59,235 nucleotides of DNA from Crocinitomicaceae bacterium (GTDB lineage: Bacteria > Bacteroidota > Bacteroidia > Flavobacteriales_D > Crocinitomicaceae), in assembly GCA_044341975.1 (NCBI GenBank), contig JBIIQP010000001.1, positions 1-59,235 on the forward strand, read 5' to 3'. Numbering within the stretch: position 1 is the stretch's first letter; each line of letters opens with the position of its first letter. Shown in pieces: positions 55,865 to 59,235 of this stretch. The notes under the pieces were generated by a model that was not told the DNA's origin, did not search any database, and saw only the letters and a list, made by a program, of their open reading frames with translations. The position numbers and the translations under genes are program-made.

Positions 55865-57877
55865 ATGTCAAAATTAGACTCTAAAATACCTGAAGGTCAC
55901 ATTTCTCAGAAATGGACAGACTATAAAAATCATTTGAAACTTGTTGCACCAAACAACCGTCCGAAAATTGACGTTATTGTTGTAGGAACTGGTTTGGCAG
56001 GCGCATCTGCTGCTGCATCGCTTGGAGAAATGGGCTACAATGTAAAAGCATTTTGTTTCCAGGATTCACCGCGTCGCGCACACTCAATCGCAGCACAAGG
56101 AGGAATCAATGCGGCGAAGAATTACCAGAATGACGGTGACTCCATTTACCGTTTGTTCTACGATACCATCAAAGGTGGTGACTACCGTGCACGTGAGGCA
56201 AATGTTCATCGTTTAGCTGAAGTTTCAGGAAATATTATCGACCAATGCGTTGCGCAAGGCGTTCCTTTTGCTCGTGAATACGGTGGTTTGCTCGATAACC
56301 GTTCGTTTGGTGGAACTCAGGTTCAAAGAACATTCTACGCAGCTGGACAAACGGGTCAGCAGCTTTTGTTAGGTGCTTACTCAGCATTATCACGTCAAAT
56401 AGGTTTGGGTCGTGTTGAAATGTTCAATCGCCATGAAATGCTTGACATAGTTAAGGTAGATGGCAAAGCAAGAGGAATTATTGCACGTAATTTGGTTACC
56501 GGTGAATTGGAGAGACATTCTGCACATGCGGTGATCATTGCATCAGGGGGATACGGAAATGTTTATTTCTTGTCCACAAATGCGATGGGTAGCAACGTTA
56601 CTGCAGCATGGAAGATTCACAAACAAGGTGCGCTGTTCGCCAATCCTTGTTTCGTTCAGATTCACCCAACGTGTATTCCTGTTCATGGCACCAATCAATC
56701 AAAACTAACTTTGATGTCCGAGTCTTTGCGTAACTCCGGTAGAATCTGGGTTCCAAAGAAAAAGGAAGACGCCGAAGCAATTCGTGAAGGACGCTTAAAA
56801 CCAACACAGATAGCGGAAGACGACCGCGATTATTTCCTAGAAAGAAGGTATCCAGCATTCGGAAACCTTGTTCCTCGAGACGTTGCGTCCAGAGCGGCGA
56901 AAGAACGTTGTGATGCAGGTTTTGGAATTGAAGCAAATGACACGAATGAAGGTGTTTACCTTGATTTCTCTACGGAAATTCGCAACAAAGGAAAACAAAC
57001 CGCATTTGCGCAAGGAGATCACAACCCTTCTGACGAAAAAATTCTCGAATTGGGTAAAAAATGGGTAGAAGAGAAATATGGTAACCTTTTCCAAATGTAT
57101 GAAAAGATTACTGACGAAAACCCTTATGAAACCCCTATGAAAATCTATCCTGCTGTGCATTACACGATGGGGGGTGTTTGGGTTGATTACAACCTACAAT
57201 CAACTATTCCTGGGTGTTTTGTAGCTGGGGAAGCAAACTTCTCTGATCACGGAGCGAATAGACTAGGTGCTTCTGCTTTAATGCAGGGATTGGCAGATGG
57301 ATATTTCGTATTACCCTACACTGTTTCAGACTACCTTGCTGATGAAATCAGAACGGGTAAAATTCCTACTAATTCAGCTGAGTTTGATGAAGCAGAAAGC
57401 AGAGTAAAAGAATCGATCAATAAGTTTTTAAACAACAAGGGATCCAAGTCAGTTGATCATTTCCACAAACGTTTAGGTTTAATTATTTGGAACAAAGTGG
57501 GGATGAGTCGCAGTGAGAAAGGACTTCTGGAAGCAGCGCAAGAAATCGCACAACTGAAAGAAGAGTTTTACAAAGATGTTTTTGTGCCCGGAAGTGCGGA
57601 TGAATTAAATCCAGAATTAGAAAAGGCAATTCGTGTGGCTGATTTAATTGATCTTGGACATTTGATGGCGATGGACGCATTACAGCGCAAAGAATCGTGC
57701 GGTGGACATTTCCGAGAGGAATACCAAGATGCCGAGGGAGAAACACTTCGCGACGACGAAAACTTTAATTTTGTTGGTGCTTGGGAGTACCAAGGTGACG
57801 ACATCAGCAAAGAAGTTTTACACCAAGAAAAGCTGAAATACGAATTCATAAAGATTGCAGCAAGAAACTACAAGTAA
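55865..57877 (+). CDS. sdhA: Succinate dehydrogenase/fumarate reductase flavoprotein subunit
   Basis: FAD-binding '[15 protein letters not shown]', the covalent-FAD His region '[14 protein letters not shown]' and 'HYTMGGV'. The ORF track begins at a TTG (55859); the ATG at 55865 is preferred. Confidence 0.95.
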   Translation: MSKLDSKIPEGHISQKWTDYKNHLKLVAPNNRPKIDVIVVGTGLAGASAAASLGEMGYNVKAFCFQDSPRRAHSIAAQGGINAAKNYQNDGDSIYRLFYDTIKGGDYRAREANVHRLAEVSGNIIDQCVAQGVPFAREYGGLLDNRSFGGTQVQRTFYAAGQTGQQLLLGAYSALSRQIGLGRVEMFNRHEMLDIVKVDGKARGIIARNLVTGELERHSAHAVIIASGGYGNVYFLSTNAMGSNVTAAWKIHKQGALFANPCFVQIHPTCIPVHGTNQSKLTLMSESLRNSGRIWVPKKKEDAEAIREGRLKPTQIAEDDRDYFLERRYPAFGNLVPRDVASRAAKERCDAGFGIEANDTNEGVYLDFSTEIRNKGKQTAFAQGDHNPSDEKILELGKKWVEEKYGNLFQMYEKITDENPYETPMKIYPAVHYTMGGVWVDYNLQSTIPGCFVAGEANFSDHGANRLGASALMQGLADGYFVLPYTVSDYLADEIRTGKIPTNSAEFDEAESRVKESINKFLNNKGSKSVDHFHKRLGLIIWNKVGMSRSEKGLLEAAQEIAQLKEEFYKDVFVPGSADELNPELEKAIRVADLIDLGHLMAMDALQRKESCGGHFREEYQDAEGETLRDDENFNFVGAWEYQGDDISKEVLHQEKLKYEFIKIAARNYK

Positions 57878-57900
57878 TTAAACAATAGTAAACAGGCATT
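57878..57900 (+). repeat. Left copy of an imperfect direct repeat flanking the inserted four-helix-bundle gene
   Basis: TTAAACAATAGTAAACAGGCATT lies immediately after the sdhA stop. It aligns with TTAACTAATAACTAGGCATATTC immediately after the inserted gene's stop (shared TTAA..AATA..AAC.AGGCAT). Confidence 0.45.
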
Positions 57901-57917
57901 AGGAAATAGTAACTAGA

Positions 57918-58295
57918 ATGGGAATTCTTTCTTATAAAGACTTATTGATTTGGCAAAAGGGATTAGATCTTGCGGTTAATGTCTATCAACTTACTAAGGA
58001 TTTTCCTGAATCAGAAAAATTTGCACTTTCAAGTCAAATTAGACGCTCTGCTTCATCCATTCCTGCTAACATAGCGGAAGGATATGGAAGACAATCTACT
58101 AAAAGTTATAGTCAATTTGTAAAAATTTCCCGAGGCTCACTTTATGAACTGGAAACGCACTTATTACTTGCGGAAAAATTAGAATACATTGCTTCGAAAG
58201 AATTGTTGAATAAAATAAAAGAGCAACTTTTAGAGGAAAGCAAAATGTTAACCGCATTTATTAAAAAAATAGATAATAAAGATACACTGAAGTGA
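57918..58295 (+). CDS. Four-helix-bundle protein (23S rRNA intervening-sequence protein / Avd-like family)
   Basis: 125 aa. It has the family signature 'IRRSASSIPANIAEGYGRQS' and 'ISRGSLYELETHLLLA'. Confidence 0.85.
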   Translation: MGILSYKDLLIWQKGLDLAVNVYQLTKDFPESEKFALSSQIRRSASSIPANIAEGYGRQSTKSYSQFVKISRGSLYELETHLLLAEKLEYIASKELLNKIKEQLLEESKMLTAFIKKIDNKDTLK

Positions 58296-58318
58296 TTAAC
58301 TAATAACTAGGCATATTC
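58296..58318 (+). repeat. Right copy of the imperfect direct repeat flanking the inserted gene
   Basis: See 57878..57900. Both copies start at the first base after a stop codon. Confidence 0.45.
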
Positions 58319-58375
58319 ATCTCGAGAATCAGCTAATGGCTATTATCTAATCACTAAAAAACTTAAATTAATAGT

Positions 58376-59140
58376 ATGGCATCAAAATTTATCAATATCT
58401 CTTTGAAAGTGTGGCGACAAAAAAACGCCAACGCCAAAGGGGCTATCGAAACGTATAAACTTGACCATGTTTCAACGGATAGTTCATTTCTTGAAATGAT
58501 GGATCAATTGAACGAACAATTGATTAACGAGCGCAAAGAACCTATCGCATTTGATCATGATTGTCGTGAAGGAATTTGTGGCAGCTGCTCTATGTATATC
58601 AATGGTCGCGCGCATGGTCCTGAAACAGGAACTACGACGTGTCAATTGCACATGCGTTCATTCAAAGATGGCGACACAGTTTACGTTGAACCATGGAGAG
58701 CAAAAGCTTTTCCTGTCATAAAAGATCTTGTCGTTGATAGAAGTGCATTTGATCGCATCCAACAAGCGGGAGGATTTGTATCTGTTAATACCTCTGGTAG
58801 AACAATGGATGCGAATGCGATTCCTATTCCGAAAGACGATGCTGACAAAGCCTTTGAGGCGGCAGCATGTATCGGTTGCGGGGCTTGCGTTGCAACATGC
58901 AAAAACAGCTCTGCTATGTTGTTCGTAGGCGCAAAAGTTTCTCAATATGCTTTATTGCCACAAGGAAAAGTTGAGGCGAAAGATCGCGTTTTAAACATGG
59001 TGCGCCAAATGGATGAAGAAGGATTCGGAAATTGCACGAATACTGGCGCTTGTGAAGTGGAATGTCCGAAGGGCATTTCCTTGGAAAACATCGCACGCAT
59101 GAACAGAGAATTCTTGAAAGCAGCACTTTCCGCAGAATAA
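58376..59140 (+). CDS. sdhB: Succinate dehydrogenase/fumarate reductase iron-sulfur subunit
   Basis: 254 aa. The Fe-S cluster motifs are '[16 protein letters not shown]', '[11 protein letters not shown]' and '[15 protein letters not shown]'. Confidence 0.95.
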   Translation: MASKFINISLKVWRQKNANAKGAIETYKLDHVSTDSSFLEMMDQLNEQLINERKEPIAFDHDCREGICGSCSMYINGRAHGPETGTTTCQLHMRSFKDGDTVYVEPWRAKAFPVIKDLVVDRSAFDRIQQAGGFVSVNTSGRTMDANAIPIPKDDADKAFEAAACIGCGACVATCKNSSAMLFVGAKVSQYALLPQGKVEAKDRVLNMVRQMDEEGFGNCTNTGACEVECPKGISLENIARMNREFLKAALSAE

Positions 59141-59162
59141 GAAAAAGTTACATTTCATTAGA

Positions 59163-59192
59163 AGGCGCCTACTAAACTGTAGGCGCCTTTTT
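59163..59192 (+). terminator. Rho-independent terminator after sdhB
   Basis: Perfect 10-bp stem AGGCGCCTAC/GTAGGCGCCT with loop TAAACT, followed by TTTT. Confidence 0.85.
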
Positions 59193-59235
59193 AATTTTCC
59201 AACGAAAAGTGATTTTATTTCGTTCAACTGTTTGA

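Noticed and set aside
56598-57160. Minus-strand ORFs of 107-112 aa inside sdhA. Similar antisense ORFs occur inside the TonB receptor (36012..36305, 37181..37510) and inside 34421..35764 (35060..35453).
   Set aside because: They lie antisense within strongly supported conserved genes and have no independent signal or motif, so they are treated as chance ORFs.
57918-58295. Possibility that the Avd-like four-helix-bundle gene marks a diversity-generating retroelement.
   Set aside because: The window contains no reverse transcriptase gene and no template/variable repeat pair. The gene is a stand-alone family member.

Overview
This 59.2-kb AT-rich window reads as chromosomal DNA from a Bacteroidota bacterium. 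My order-level guess is Flavobacteriales, Fluviicola/Crocinitomicaceae-like. That guess is an inference from ten type IX secretion (T9SS) C-terminal sorting domains, a PorP/SprF gene, gliding-type giant adhesins, TAnnTTTG -7 promoter boxes and an sdhCAB operon with a b558-type cytochrome subunit. I saw no rRNA, tRNA, CRISPR array, transposase or integrase. Left to right the window contains: (1) comF-like, FAD oxidoreductase and bacilliredoxin genes; (2) a 2551-aa PKD + SprB-repeat adhesin; (3) a tightly packed fadL / SGNH-fold lipoprotein / T9SS esterase / tspO operon; (4) a 1688-aa FN3/GEVED/HYR-repeat T9SS protein; (5) an LpxH-family phosphoesterase plus a glycosyltransferase; (6) an 18.7-kb block of eleven co-directional minus-strand surface-protein genes (22068-40790); (7) a phosphate-acquisition neighbourhood, with a choice-of-anchor-I beta-propeller T9SS protein, porin O/P, two DUF47/PhoU-like genes and a PiT transporter, decorated with TTAACA direct repeats; (8) housekeeping genes mnmE, tadA and ldcA, plus a Tat-signal pirin; (9) sdhC-sdhA-[four-helix-bundle gene insert]-sdhB. 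The best candidate for an undescribed system is the 22068-40790 block. It holds a six-gene operon (33036-40790) in which a SusD-less TonB-dependent receptor is flanked by paralogues of a ~250-aa N-terminal module I cannot assign to a named family, together with a FISUMP lipoprotein and a small OM beta-barrel. A fourth paralogue physically links this operon to a cluster of cohesin-like and dockerin-like modules on T9SS-anchored proteins (23077-32865). All functional calls come from motif recognition by eye; no searches were run.
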